Assembly (NCBI GenBank): GCA_000708835.1
Contig: DF236980.1
Coordinates: forward strand, 271,441-335,440
Source: Klebsormidium nitens
Lineage: Eukaryota; Plantae; Klebsormidiophyceae
Direction of reading: 5' to 3'
Length of the DNA stretch: 64,000 nucleotides
In this document: positions 9,854 through 33,420 of the stretch, one piece after another
How the letters are laid out: each line of letters starts with the position of its first letter
Numbering within the stretch: position 1 is the first letter of the stretch
Notes under the pieces: model-generated
Seen by the model: the letters and a program-made list of their open reading frames with translations, nothing else
Databases searched by the model: none
What the model was told of the DNA's origin: nothing
Program-made: the position numbers and the translations under genes

Positions 9854-11490
9854 CTGCAATTGTTGCCCAAAAAGGACCCTAATAAAGTGCACTTGTTTTA
9901 CTTCCTGCTCATGTCGTGTATTGAATTCACTGTCTAGCGAAAGTTGCATGTACTGAAGTATCTGAGAATCAGATTGTGCATCCCACCCGATTTTGCCGGC
10001 AGCTCTTGTGAACTAGCTCTTGACAATCAGCCCCACCAGGCAGGGTCCAAAGAGAGTGTGGTTAGTCATCATGTTGGTGAGTTCCTCTGAACTCTCAAAA
10101 GATACCTTCTCAGAAGTCACTCCTGAGCCGTATGCTGGTTGCAGCCGCAACGGCAAGATGCGGCCTCCAAATCCGCCCTTAACTTCTACACTTCCAGACC
10201 TCAACTGCAAGCTCGTATCTCAATCTCAAAGCAAACCAAGGTGAGCGCATGAAGAAAGCTTTGAGGGACGCTTTCACTGTCAGGGCCGCGAGCTATCGAC
10301 GAGACTCACCTCAAGAAGTTTCCCTGTAGAGTCCGCAAGACTGCCACCGACTGCATGGCGCCAATGCAGCGCTTCTTGGATTGAACTTTCTGACCAACAG
10401 CATGATACCATACTATAATTTATAAATGACTCAGTTACGTCACGGTTTGATCGACGGTGGCTTCGCGGCCGCCCTCCGCGCGTACCGCAGCTGACCGGAG
10501 GGTTTCGAGGTTTACCAGGTTTAGGACGCATGCATAAGTTACTCCAATTGTGCGAGCGTCGGATTCGGCCGCGCGCTGCCGCTCGTGATAAATTACACAT
10601 CTGCATGGCCGCTCATGCAGGTTTTATCTGTGTTCTAGGACCTATCTGTGTCGAGCTCGAGCTGACGTACTGCTTAAACTCGCTCATCTCCTTGAGATCT
10701 GCCGCCTCGGACGTTGATACAAGGAACACACAGAGGCGGCCTGGGTCGATATGGCATGGCGGCATCGCGCGAAGTGAAAAACGGAAGTATGCCGCTGTTT
10801 TGCTGCATGTACTCATGGCCGGGCCCGGCTGTAGCTGCTCAGCATGTTTAAAACACAAACATGTGTGACACGCGGTCAACAGCTCGAGCACATGCCGGGA
10901 CGCGGCGTTCAAACAGTATACGTCCTTAACTAAAGATTCATACTTGCAACACTAATCGTAGAGACGTACCTAGATCACAATGATGCCATGCAGAACATGT
11001 CCAAGATTGACATCCGTATTAGCACGTACATGGCAGGCTGGCCGCGGGATTGGATAAATAATGTAACTGAATGTACCTTTCTACTGAATCCTATCTCCCT
11101 TGATTGACAAATGTCACTTCATTGAAAAGCGGCAAAAGCGTACTCACAAAATGTTCAATGAGATCGTTGATGCTTTCTTTGCATGGCACTCTGGAGTGAA
11201 TGCATGAGGCGGGCCAGGAATACAGGCCGCCGCACGAGTATCCAAACGTGCATCCATTTCAGCCATGGGCGAGAATATTGAACGATACCTGTCTACTGTG
11301 TTACAACAAATGCGGACTGTGATCTGTACTGACCAGCGTTTGGAAGAGGCCGGGCAGCTAGCTACAAAGATTAGACGTATGCACTGCGGCAGTCGGGCAC
11401 CTAATCGGCCCTCATCTGGTCGAGCAGTCTAGGAGAGCGCTCGCGACAAGCCCCTCGTTTCAATCATAGTCGGAATCCTCTACACGCACT

Positions 11491-21853
<10,363 letters not shown>

Positions 21854-23182
21854 CGTGTGCGGCTTTCGTGTAACTACTACCTGATTGGCAAAACACAGCT
21901 TCCTCTGCAGTTCCTAACGACCACCTAACACACACCAATTCATCCACGGCGCCTTGCTCACTTTTGAAAGAACCAGAATGAGGCTACCGTCAAAGCTGAT
22001 CGCTAGAACTTGTCTCAAATATGCTGTCACTGCTGGAGTACAAGTGTGGGGCCCCTGTCGCTTGCCACTGCCACAACTCACTTCAACAATTACCTTCACA
22101 GCCTGCTTCTGTTGGCCTCAGAATTACCTTCACAATCACATATAAGAGCTGGCGCACTGAAGGATAATCTGCTTAAGATGGGTGCGCATTTCCCAAGCAG
22201 TAACAAAACCCTGAGACTGAAAAGATTCAGCTCCCATTAGCTGCAATTCCCCCTGACATCCCAAGAGAAGCGTTGCTATCCCGGCCCTGCTCATTCTACA
22301 AACTGTGGCCGCCACATCAGCCGCTTTCTTCATTCCAAAACCAGTCAGCCCTGTAACATCATCATAAGATGGCCCCAAAATGACAGCATCAGCTGAAGAA
22401 AGGGGCTGCCATCAGGCTCTTGCCAACTGAGTGAGCGCCCTAGAATGAGCGCCAGCCACTGGCTGGACCGCAGCTGTTGCTTGCCAGCCTGCTGCACTAG
22501 ACTATTAGGTACCCCAATTATCGACCACTTATGTGGGTCCTATGGTCGAATATACAACCAACTTTGTGCAAAAATTTCAGGATATTTGGGACTACGAAGC
22601 CTGAAGGGCTCTCCACCGAATCATTTGAATCCACATTTTGACCAGCTCTAGGTCACGCTCTGGCACCAAAGCCCTCCTTTTGATAACCAAAAATTGCTAT
22701 TTTGGCAACGGGTCAAGCTGAATTAGCAGGAGTCAGGAGTCACGCCACAGGATCGGACTGCATTCTTCGAAACACTTGCCGTTGGCCACTTCGAAATGTT
22801 TTGCTTGAAAAGCGCGCCATTGTTGCCATTCAATGGATACATCATTCTGATTCATGGACCGTCCTTGTCATTGAGGAGTTGAGCCTAGGCCCAGGGACGA
22901 GCCTTAACTGAGGCCTAAAAGTATTCCCTTGGCCAGCTTGCTCGCGTCGCATGCTATCCCTCTTTAAGTCTTCTTTCTGGCTACCATCTTTTCTTGAGCA
23001 CACTGTAAGCACAGCGGTCCCCATTGTACGCCGGGTATAAAGTTTCGAACTGATCTGCACCTTTGTTTCTTATGCACGGTGGGCCGCTGCATTGAGGAGG
23101 CAGGCATGCAGCTCGTTGCATGGTGACTAGGTAGTGAGAAAGTGTTGAACCTTCCCACGGGCTTTCATTGCCTATCTCGATC

Positions 23183-26100
23183 ATGGCTGGAGGGAAGCGG
23201 AAAGCAGAGGAAGAACTAGATAGAGGAGATGGCTATAAGAATGGAGTGCGGGTAAGTTCCTGTTTCCTTCTAAAGAGGAATTTGTGACGCTCTGAAGTTG
23301 ACCTCGTAACTTTCAAGGTAATGCCTTCACTCAAATTCGTCGATATTTGTAGATTGTCAGGCTATATGTTAAAGGTCGCTCAGGATCTTCTTAACTGTCG
23401 TTAACGAAATTGGGCTTATACCAGTGGTGTCAGGGGCGCACTATCAGAAACCTTCTGAATACGTTCTTTCTTCTTCCTTCACTTCACTTGCAGGACGCCG
23501 AAGTTCCTTCGACTGGACCAAAGGCCCCTGATAGCAGTAGGAAAGCAGACTGCCTAACCACTGTGACGGCATTGAATACACAGTTTGCCAGGTAGGTGAC
23601 CAGACTTCTCACCATTTTGCTTGACGCCTTGGTAAGACTCGTGTTATTGAGAGCGCGCCAACTCAACCATGCATGCTTGCACAACGAGGCATCGAACGAG
23701 TTAAGTTCTTCAGAAATCATGCCTCTGACTCCGAGTCAACATTTGCTGCATGTTTCTTCAAAGCCAAGAATATGATGCCTTCAAGAGGGCGCACAGATCA
23801 AGCGTTGCAAGATGGGGCAGACTTTCCATTCTGACATAAATAGTTTCTGTTTCACTTCTATGTCTTCCTTGACATCTGCTTGCAGTTGGATCCAGAAGCA
23901 GCAGCAGGACAGGCCGTTTGATCTGTGGAGAACGGGCGCTCAGGATTACCTCAGGCATGCAGAAAAGATCCTGGTGAGGGCGAATGACTCGACTTCGATA
24001 TGGATTGAACGCTTTTGCTAGGTAACCTCCTGAAGTGGCTGCATGCCTCTGAGGATTGAAGCAATCTGGACTTTTCTGTGACTGTATCTAGAGACCGAGT
24101 ATAACAATGTGGCGCCAGAAGGGCTTTCAACGTTGCCTTCGCCCCTCACTTAATCTGTATCATAAAAACATCCCCACTTCCACAAGATCGTGTGCCACAC
24201 TGTAAAGACCACTCCTGGCCACAGCCATTTACCTCAGCATTCCATGTGCAGTCCGACTTCCATGACGTGGTCGATTGGATCAGCTCAACATCAGGCCAGA
24301 ATGGAAGCACCACAGAAACAGCCGAGCAACCCGAGGTCAGCAAGGCCCCAGAAACCAAGACGCCCCCGGCGGATGCCCCTGCATTCAAAGGCTGGGGAAA
24401 GTTTGAAAACGAGAATGGTAAGAAGCCCGCGGCAAACGGCGCTTCCCAGGAGCAGGGAAAGGCCTTTGCTTGGGCGCCTGCGGGTAAAAGCGGGGATCTG
24501 AGTGCTAGCCATAAGCCCGGGGACTGGGGAGGGGTCTTTCCTGGTCTGGCCTTTGGAAAGAAGGACGAGGGGTTTGGTGGTTTCACCGCCGGAGAAAAGT
24601 CCAAGACGGATACTGGGGGAAGCGCGCTTCCTGGCTGGGGGTCCGGTTTCAACACTAGCTCGAAAGGGGAGAAGGAAGCAGAAGGTATGGAGGTGGGGTT
24701 CAAAGCAGGGGACAAAAGGAGCGCCTTCAAGTTCCCAATGGGGGGCGCTTCTGAGGGGCCAAAAACAGCGCCAACTTTCACCACGTCTCTCTTCGGTCAA
24801 CCTGCCTCTACTCCAGGAACTTCTGCCGCAGTCGCCCCTTCCCCCCTCTTCACTGTCCCTCCTTTCCAACCCTCCAGTCTAAGCGCCCCTCCAACAACGG
24901 GCGGGAAAAGTGCTTCCGGTGAAACGCCAAAAACGGGGCCGCAAACCGCACCGGTCTTCTCCGTCCCAAAGTTCCCGAGCCTGGTCCAGGCTGCACTGGT
25001 CCCGGCAATCAAAACCTCGGTCACGCCGGGCGCGTTTGACTGGGCGGCTGGATTTAAAAATCCTGTCCCGAAGTCGGGGGCTGCTCCGAGCTTTGCGCTT
25101 CCGGGAGCCAAGGCGCTTGCGGGGGGAGCCGAAGAAGAGGGCAAGAAAGAGGGTGCGGAAAAGGAGAAGAAAGGGGAAGAGGAGGCTGGAGAAGGTGAGG
25201 TGACAAGCGGGGGAAATCTGGTCAGGACGAGTATGCTCACCGGAATCTCAATTGTTGAGGGTCCTTTGGTTGCTCAGTATTTTGCCAGAGCTCACGGGGG
25301 TTTGATAAACCGGATCCTTGTTTTGGCATAATATTGCTGTAGCATTGTATGCAAGCTGCCTACTTGTGCTGGCCAGATTTTTCGCATTGCCCTGCGTTGG
25401 CTGCGAAAAGGATGTCAAGTGACTCCATTTCTTCTTTTATGAGAGGTCAGTTTCTTGAGTAGTATCTCCCTCTCTGGTTTTTTGAGATCGTCTCTTGATT
25501 GCAAAAGCCCTTTTTTTGCAGGAGAGGCCCCGAGCGAGCCTCCAAGCCCGTCTTTCAAGGCTGCCGAGGAGGAAGGGGTAGAGAACGTCTTTGACACTCC
25601 AATTAAGGTGTACAAAAAGGGGCCAGGGCCCGACGGCAAGGCAAGCGACGAGTCCTTCAACTCAGCCTTGTCGAGTCCATTCTCATCTTCTAAGACTCTT
25701 GATTATCTTTTGTTTCTTGGGTCCATATATGCATTCCTTCAACTCTCTGTCGAACTCAGTTGACCAAGGACTCACCAAGGATCCTTTCATTCCTGTCGGG
25801 CAGCAGGTCCGGGTTTATTCTTCTTGGAAAATCTCGTCCAGACATATCAAGGTCCTGCATGGCTCATGTTTGAAAAGCTCGCTGACACGTCATGTCAGAA
25901 CGGAAGGAAGGAGAACGCGGACCGCAGTTTGCAGTCCGAGACCCCCACACCGATTGGTACTGGTCACTCTGCGCGCGCAAGCAGATTGAAGTAGGGCTGG
26001 CCATGCGCGTGGTCTAGCATAACCCATAGTAACGTAACTCAAAGCCTTCTGTTGACCGACCAGCCCGACTCCACCGAGCGCTCGAATGCAGCTAGGCGTT

Positions 26101-27450
26101 CATACCTGACAGATCGACTGCAGTCGCCGAAGAAACCACCCGGTGACCCGGAATATAACCAAGTACGTCAATATGAGTTGCGTGTGCAGAGTACCAACCG
26201 GTGTGGGGGTCCAGGAATGAAAACTGGAGTCCACGTTCTCCTTCCATGCGTTCTGTCACCACAGGATGAAGCTTGTCCGCATCAACGCGTGCCTGCCGTT
26301 TGGAGGGAGACCCTATCCAGTGATTGTAGTGGGCATTCCGCTAATGTTAGCGTGTTGTAGACTCCGCGCTAACCCGCGTCTTATTGGTGCAGTGGGAGGA
26401 TCAGGGTACGGGGTCCCTCATGTTGAAAAGGGACAAGGGGGCGGCGCTCAAGAGCAAGGAGGCGAACGCGCGGATCGTCTTTCGAAACCCGGTAAGCACG
26501 GCGTGATGCGCTTGCTTCTTGAATAGAGACTACATGGTGCGAGACAGAACAATGATACTCCCGAAAAGCTGAAGACGAAACGGTTCTCATTGGTAGAGAC
26601 ACACTTTTTACGAGTCATGTTTTACAGAACTTGGAAGGAAACTCTCAAGGCGAGATCCTGGCATGGAGCCCTTCCAGGTGGTGGACACAAAGTGCCGCTA
26701 GAATGAGGGCTGATGACTTGGAAGTCGACATTAAAGGCGGAGGTTTAGGGTTGTTGTCAACAGCGGTGCCTGCTCTGTCAACGTCAGGACAGGCGCGTCA
26801 CTTCTCCTTTCTGTTTGTCAAAAAGAGGACGGACTTAACCGTCGGTCTAACGATTACACGATATCGCTCATTTGCAGGGGGGAAAGGTGCTGCTGAACGC
26901 GCGGTTGTACGTGGGGATGAAGCTGGAACTTGGTAAAGATGTCGTCAACACGATTTTGCAAACCACGGTGGGTTTGGCCCTTAACCCTCCATCTCGTCCT
27001 GAATTGAAGGGCGAAACTCAAAGAAGCGGAGCCGTTTTGGAAGCTGCGCTTTTCAAGCATACACTTTTTCGATGCAACCCGTTCGGGAGACGAGCCTGAG
27101 CATCAATCTGGTTTGTAACGGGGAAGCTCATCACGTTTCGCCTGAATCTCGACTCTGAGCATTAGGCACGCCGACTCTAACCATGTCCGGGTGACGAAGG
27201 GTGCAACAAGCGGGTTAAGTTTGCTCCACAGAGAAGGTTGAGTCAGGGAAATGGTCTCGTTTGTGCGCAGGAGACTAGCACGCCGACGAAAGGCGGAGAT
27301 GCAGAAAAGCCGGCAGAGACAGTAACGGAGGTCGTTACGAGGCTGTACGCTTTCAAGCGTCCCAAGCAAGGAGGGATGGCATCGGAAGAGCTCAAGGCTG
27401 CTCTCGAGAGGCAAGTGCCGAGCGAAGATGCATCAAATGCGAAGTCCTAG
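23183..27450 (+). CDS. NUP50B: NUP50b-like nucleoporin / Ran-binding-domain protein, multi-exon
   Basis: MAGGKRKAEEEL, VTALNTQFA|SWIQKQQQDRPFDLWRTGAQDYLRHAEKIL (like the Arabidopsis At4g11790 block), an FG/FxF-rich low-complexity middle, and the RanBD segment GKVLLNARLYVGMKL. Stop TAG at 27450. Confidence 0.85.
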
Positions 27451-28584
27451 GTTCGTCATGCACTTCATGTTCGATAGCTCTCCACTGTGCAATGACAGTC
27501 TTCTTTTTGACATTGTGCGTCAGTGAAGTTAGAGCATATTGCAGTAATCGCAAGGATTGGGAACGCAATCATGCAAGGTCAGAACGTCTTTTGATCCTAT
27601 TGTGCGTGTCTTGGCTCCCACTCGAGAAAAGCTTGCTTCGCCTGAGCGTCGCTGAGTCAACGTATGCAATCTTCATTGGTTTCATTTCGGCCATATTCCA
27701 GCGCATGTCTGTGCCACTTTTGTGTCCGTTTCACTATCTTCTTGAGTAGGGACGCATGTCACATGCAGTGCACAGTGCTCCCGGCCGCGCGGCACATAGT
27801 GTGTGGTAATTGCGATTCTACATCATGCACAAAAACAGTGGGCCCGGGCAAATCGCTTGCCAATAGCTGCTCATGGAGACTTGATGTCGTGTGCTATCCA
27901 GCTAGCAGCCCAGATCGCGTCTTTATCATACTGAGCCGCGTCATCGAATATATGCACATATGTGGGCCCCAAGCTAGCTTGGTTGACCGCGCGGCCGGCC
28001 TAGAGCTATAGCTATATATGAATATGCAACCGTACCGTTTCAGCAATCATGTAGGCGCGCGGCCGCCCATGCTTATATATTAAGGTACTGAACAATTATG
28101 ATACCTATATGCATGCCTGTACACGTGTTAGTATACATATATGGGGCGGCCGCAATTTGATAATGCAATTAATGGTATCGAGGCGCGCGCGCCTCCGTGC
28201 GCCTTGAGTTCATGTGCATGTAATACCGTCACATGAGATTTTGTGCACCTGTCAATCATGTTATTTAAGAATGGATCAAGATTTGATCATGCGTGCGGCA
28301 TGATCGACCAACTTCGACGATGTTCCTCAGTGGGACGGTGATTAAGTTCACATGGGGCGCTGCTTGCTATATCCAAGCTCGTTACCTATACGTGGCGCCC
28401 GGGCCCCTGCCGCGACCCAATCTAGTGATTCAACTGACTGAGAGTACTATAGTTATTAACCTCGCTTGCAGCTGCAAGCAGGCTGCCACTTGAGCTCATG
28501 ATGATATTTTGCCATGGCAACGCTTCGCTAGACGAGCCAGCGGGGCTTCGTTTCAAAGGGACGCTCGCATAGCAAGCGGGCAGC

Positions 28585-31500
28585 CTATGTTGCAGCAATT
28601 GCAGCAATAAAGTCGTCCGACGTGGCAATTGCGCCGAAAACCCCTCCCTGCACATGAGAAGGAGAACCCTTGAACCCCTTGAACTCAAACTAGAAGGGCA
28701 AGAGAGAATGGGTGCGCCTCAACACGCTCGCGCTTCATGTGTGCCCCTATGTCCAGTCTGGAGGCAAAAGCAGGTCAACCGTCTTGGCAGCACGCTTCTT
28801 GGAGGGATCCTCAGGAAGACTGCCCGAAAAGACTATTGTTTTACTCAAAAGCACAGGCCGTCAACGAAGCTTTGCCTCCAGTTTACCGGTCCCTTTCTAC
28901 TTGCCATCGAAGTCTTGATGACGGACGCAAGTGCAGTGATGCTGGGTTTACAAATAAGTGAACGGAAGGACGCGATGCGCACTTGGCGAAGCTCCGCCAG
29001 ATAGAATGTAACCAATATTTCAGTTCAACGACGACAGGCAAAAAGAGGGGATGGGGACAGCACAAACCTCGTGGATAAGTGCCTCTACAAGCACTTGAAC
29101 ACGAGTCTCGGCGGCGTCATTTCATGGGCGATAAGAAAATGTGGAAGACGCGTGGCCTCACCTCCTTGACGATCATCCTGTGGGCTGCCACGTGATTCCG
29201 GACGTCCGTCGCTGCCGTGCAGTCCGTTAGGAGAAGACACTCGTACCTGCATGAATATAAACATCACCGTTGAAAACTTGGGACGGTATGAAAGGACTAG
29301 TCACCGAACGTGGCACCGAGGGCACATCTAAAGTTTTCAAAGAGCCGGCCAGGATCCATCGAAAAGCGCTCAGCCCAAAGTACAGTCCTTCGACTCATCG
29401 CCGGGCGCCTTCGGATCTCGTATACAAGCTACAAGATCTGCAAAAATGACATCTCGACTCGGATTGTCTGTCCCCGACCAGATAAGGTGAGGGGAAACCC
29501 TGGGGAATGGTAGTTCGTCGATAGAAGTGCTGCTTAGAAACGGCATGTCTTCCTTTTGGGAAACCTTTTTGGCCTGGAAACACGGCTCCTAAATCCACGT
29601 GACTGTCCTGACCCCGCTTACGGTGGAACACAAGTACGTCTTATGGCAACTCATTATAGTCGTGACTTACCCGCGGTCGTACGCTTCCCGCATGGTGGAG
29701 TGTACGCACACGTCCGTAGTGACCCCCGCCAGCACAACGTTGGTCACGCCCTTATTCTTGAGGATGATGTCAAGATCAGTGCCGCAAAACGCGCTCTACA
29801 CAAGAGAGAATGTTTATTGGTGCTCCAATTTGCTCCTCGTTGACCCGCACATACAACTCTCTTCGAGCTTCTTTACTTTCAGGAACATTTGTCGCTTCGA
29901 CCGGTCTCAAATAAGGTTCCACGTCGACTGGAACGGGTGAGCGCCCATTTCCAGTTTGCTCCTCGTTGACCCGCACTTACAACTCTCTTCAGCGGCTAGT
30001 TTTAGAGCTTCCTAACTTTCAACAATTTCCGTTCTTAAAGACCGGACGGCTCCGTTTTTCGAATCAGGTTAGATTCCGCGTCGACTGAAACGGGGTGAGC
30101 GCTCATCTGCGGTCCTCAGGACCAATGAGAATGCTTCGATCGATCACGTGGTAAAAGTGCAGACCTGGAACAAATCGTAGTTGGGACGGTAAGGTACAAA
30201 GCTGTACGCGGATCAAACATGCGAAGCTGGCGAGCCTAGCACTTCTCAGTCGATGTAGGTCGTTGTAGAATTTTAGGTGAAGGAGGTTCCAACTTATAGC
30301 CTGTTCTGCTTGCCGCCGCCCTCTTTCCTATCACCACCAACCCTCTCGAAACCGTTAGCAATCGAACCCATTCGAGAGGACAGCCTCGGCATCGCTCGGT
30401 TGAATTAAAAGCAATCTTTAAAAAAGTTTTACCATCACACACGCACATATGCGGGCTTATCAATAACCGGCTCTCCGGGCAGCGGGTACAACTCCGGGAT
30501 GATGTCATGGCCCTTCTCCCCCCGGATCAGGAAGCGGCCAAGGGGGCCCTCGCTGCCGATCGCTCCGCCGGCCTTCTTGGAACGGAACAGCTGTAAGTTG
30601 AAATAACGGAAAGGTCAAAGGAAGTAAACAAGTAGCTGGCGGCTCGAGATCACTTTGATTATTTCTCAAAAATGTTCTTAGATCGCTTGAATGTAGAAAA
30701 AGTGCTGGATAGCGAAGCTGGCCAGTCCCGTTTGAGTACAGAATGTGTGTGAGCACGTCTCGTTCGAGGCATAGTCGAAGTATATAGTAGACATGTGCCA
30801 GCCTAATGTAGCGGATTGAGGCCAAGGGCGGATTTGCGGCCAAGGATATCGAGTGATGCAGCTGTGTCCTGCCGTTATTAAGCTCCTACAATAAGAGCTT
30901 TTGAAGTGCCTATAAGAGGGCCTGGGCAACCCCTGAGACTGCCCCCCAAAACGGCTGTGCCGGCAGAAATGGCAATTTTGTTTTTATCTGGGCCAATCGG
31001 TGGTGGCTGTCCCTGCGAATAAACTTGAAATGCACTCTGGTCGGCCTCAGTGCTAGGTTTGAATAGATAAAGTATACAACTGGAGAGTGCCAAAACTTTC
31101 ACTTACTTTGTGCGGAGAAACGTCTGCCAGGTCTGGTCGATACCCTTCGCGTGTGTGAATGACGTGAAAGCCACGTGCCCGACACGCATCTAGAACCCTC
31201 CTGATTGGCGCAATCGGTTCCTGCATGAAGAACCGAATGACTTGACTTGAAAGAGATCACATTAACTTGGAAAAGCGCAAGAAGTCCTCCACAAGCTGGC
31301 ACTCAAATGTTAGTGGAGTAAAAATAACTTTGAAAGGGTCAAGCGGGACATGTCGCACAACGTTAGGTCACAGGCGAAGAGACCTCACAGAAGTCCTTGA
31401 ACGAAGACATCAGCCCAACTACACCTCTTATCTTCTGTCATTATCTTCGAATCTCTTGTCATACATGGGCTGTAGTAGGTAAAATAGATAGAAGGTGGCT

Positions 31501-32175
31501 CCACATACCCGCATTGCGGAGACGTCATAGCCCATGGAATCTACATAGCCACCCTTCTCACAAAAGTCCAACTGCATGTCAATGACAATGAAGACCTGCA
31601 AGAAGCTGGTCAAAGGTCAGACGTGGAGTTCTCCGAAGGACAACACTGCAAAGAGTGGGTTTTATCAATGAAGTTGTTAATAGCGCCCTTCCATTTTACC
31701 ACATGTTGGCGGCTGTGAAGGAGTTACAAAGAATCAGGATCCCATATAAGGTTGATAAATTCGAGGGGGATTCAAGTTTGTACTACGAAATACGAGTCAT
31801 GTGAGTGGCATAAATTCAACGCCTAACGCCATGGCACCTACTGCACATAGCAAGATCTTTTGCAGTCTGCCCCAATATATGATGCTGTCCCCAAGAAATG
31901 CAAAGTGCAGGATGTGGTTCGCCTACAAAGCAGTACTGATACGGGAGGCTCAGCTTTCAAGCAAAGCTCCACATTCTCATCATTCAAGAAGCAGTTGATG
32001 CAACCCAGACTGCGGGTTCTGTATTCAAGAAGGGAGGACAACCCACCGTATTGCTCTTGTCAAGGGCATGCACCCAGGGCCAATCATGGGGGTTGGCTTT
32101 CACTTTCCTAGCCTCTGGGGCTTGGTTACTCTCTTGGTTTTTAGTGGGAGGTGGTGGGGTGAGAATAGCTTCCAT
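28585..32175 (-). CDS. Isochorismatase-family cysteine hydrolase, biuret/guanylurea hydrolase (BiuH/GuuH)-like, 7 exons, ~248 aa
   Basis: Exons 32175-32047, 31595-31509, 31220-31107, 30590-30447, 29795-29671, 29246-29162 and 28647-28585 join in frame. They give [116 protein letters not shown]. The Asp-Lys-Cys triad is intact. Confidence 0.92.
29830..30110. repeat. Duplicated segments in intron 4 of the hydrolase gene
   Basis: gctcctcgttgacccgcac.tacaactctcttc at ~29833 and ~29958; ttcc.cgtcgactg.aacggg.tgagcgc.cat at ~29917 and ~30074. Confidence 0.8.
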
Positions 32176-33420
32176 GCTGTGACCAGCCCCGTTAGGGCCA
32201 GACTATCAAATGGTCATGCTGAGTTCCATTTCGAAAAGGACTGTGATAAGTGCCAATCTGTGGACCTCTCCCCAAGCTCAGTGTGAGCAGCTTGGGCGGC
32301 CCCGCCAGCTTCACAGGTTTTTTTAAGACTTCTTTGGTCTTTTGAGATCAAAAAGTCTGGTGCTGTGGCCCTATACCAGGAACGTATCACTGTGGGGCTG
32401 AGTTGTTACTTCCTTCCACACAGCATTGCCTGCTGGCCGCTCATTGATGTTTGCAGGCCAATGAGAATATCTTTGCAGTGAGATGGCGTTGGAAATGTTA
32501 CACATATATCGGCAGCGGCGTCGTAGATTGTGCAGTGCCCAGGGTCAACTCCAGCTGGTACCGCCAGCTGCAATAGGAGCTAGAAACACAAGGATACAGT
32601 GGTACCCAATAAATTCTGCAGGTTTCGAAAGCAAAGCAGAAAGATAGAATCCTGCGCAGACCGTACTCATATGATAAACATACATTTACGCGCGGCCGGC
32701 CGCGGGCCGGGCGGCGGCCCACTTGGCAGTAGCGCGGCCGGCCCAAGTCGGGAACCCTGATTACATTATGTAAACCCTTCAACACTTGAAGGCGTATACG
32801 TCATGGCCGTCCGCTGTTTTGTTCTTGGATCGCACGGTGCAAAACTGCCAGGCCGAAACTAGTGGGTTACGGCAACCGTCGATACCTCCCGATGGTACAC
32901 TCTTGGAAAGATCGTTGCGGTACGTACGGGAGTGGGCGGGGCTTCCCCTCCGGTTGGTTATTAACCCTTAGGCTAAAAACAAACATCTGACTCGGGGAAG
33001 AGGGCCTCACTAATGGTGCGTACCGGAGCACCCCTCTGCCTCTGTCACGGTGATTCAAATAATCTTGAATTGGCGCTTTCCCGCCTTTTTGCTTCAGTGA
33101 GTCAGCTGAAACTGCTGGTGTTTAGAAAGCTGAAGTCCTGAAGTGCATTCGAATTTTGGAGTCCTTGCGCAGGAGCGCTCTACTGACCCCCGTTGCAAAG
33201 GCGGTCCAGGTTTTCCAGATCGTACTACAGGCTACAGCGACCTGTCCTCAGTTGGTCGAGCGCAGGAAAGAAGGGGTATAGAAGGGTTTCCTTTTTAGCA
33301 GCCCTTCTGGGCTTGTATTCAAGTAACATGAGGTACTTGCATTGAGGAATCTGCGAAAGCAACAGCACTAGCAAGAGTTTTTGAACGACCTTGACAAACA
33401 GGATCACCGAGCCTCCCATC

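Larger units (their letters stand above)
5850..10370. repeat. Diverged tandem segmental duplication (unit 1 ~5850-8045, unit 2 ~8700-10370)
   Basis: Collinear homologous blocks: DUF4160-like exons, 181-nt exons, 7560-7670 vs 10130-10220, and 7785-8042 (minus the MITE) vs 10320-10368. Confidence 0.8.

Noticed and set aside
29796-33100. Guanidine riboswitch near or within the GuuH-like gene
   Set aside because: No paired ACGR-loop hairpins or ykkC-type consensus seen on the sense strand.
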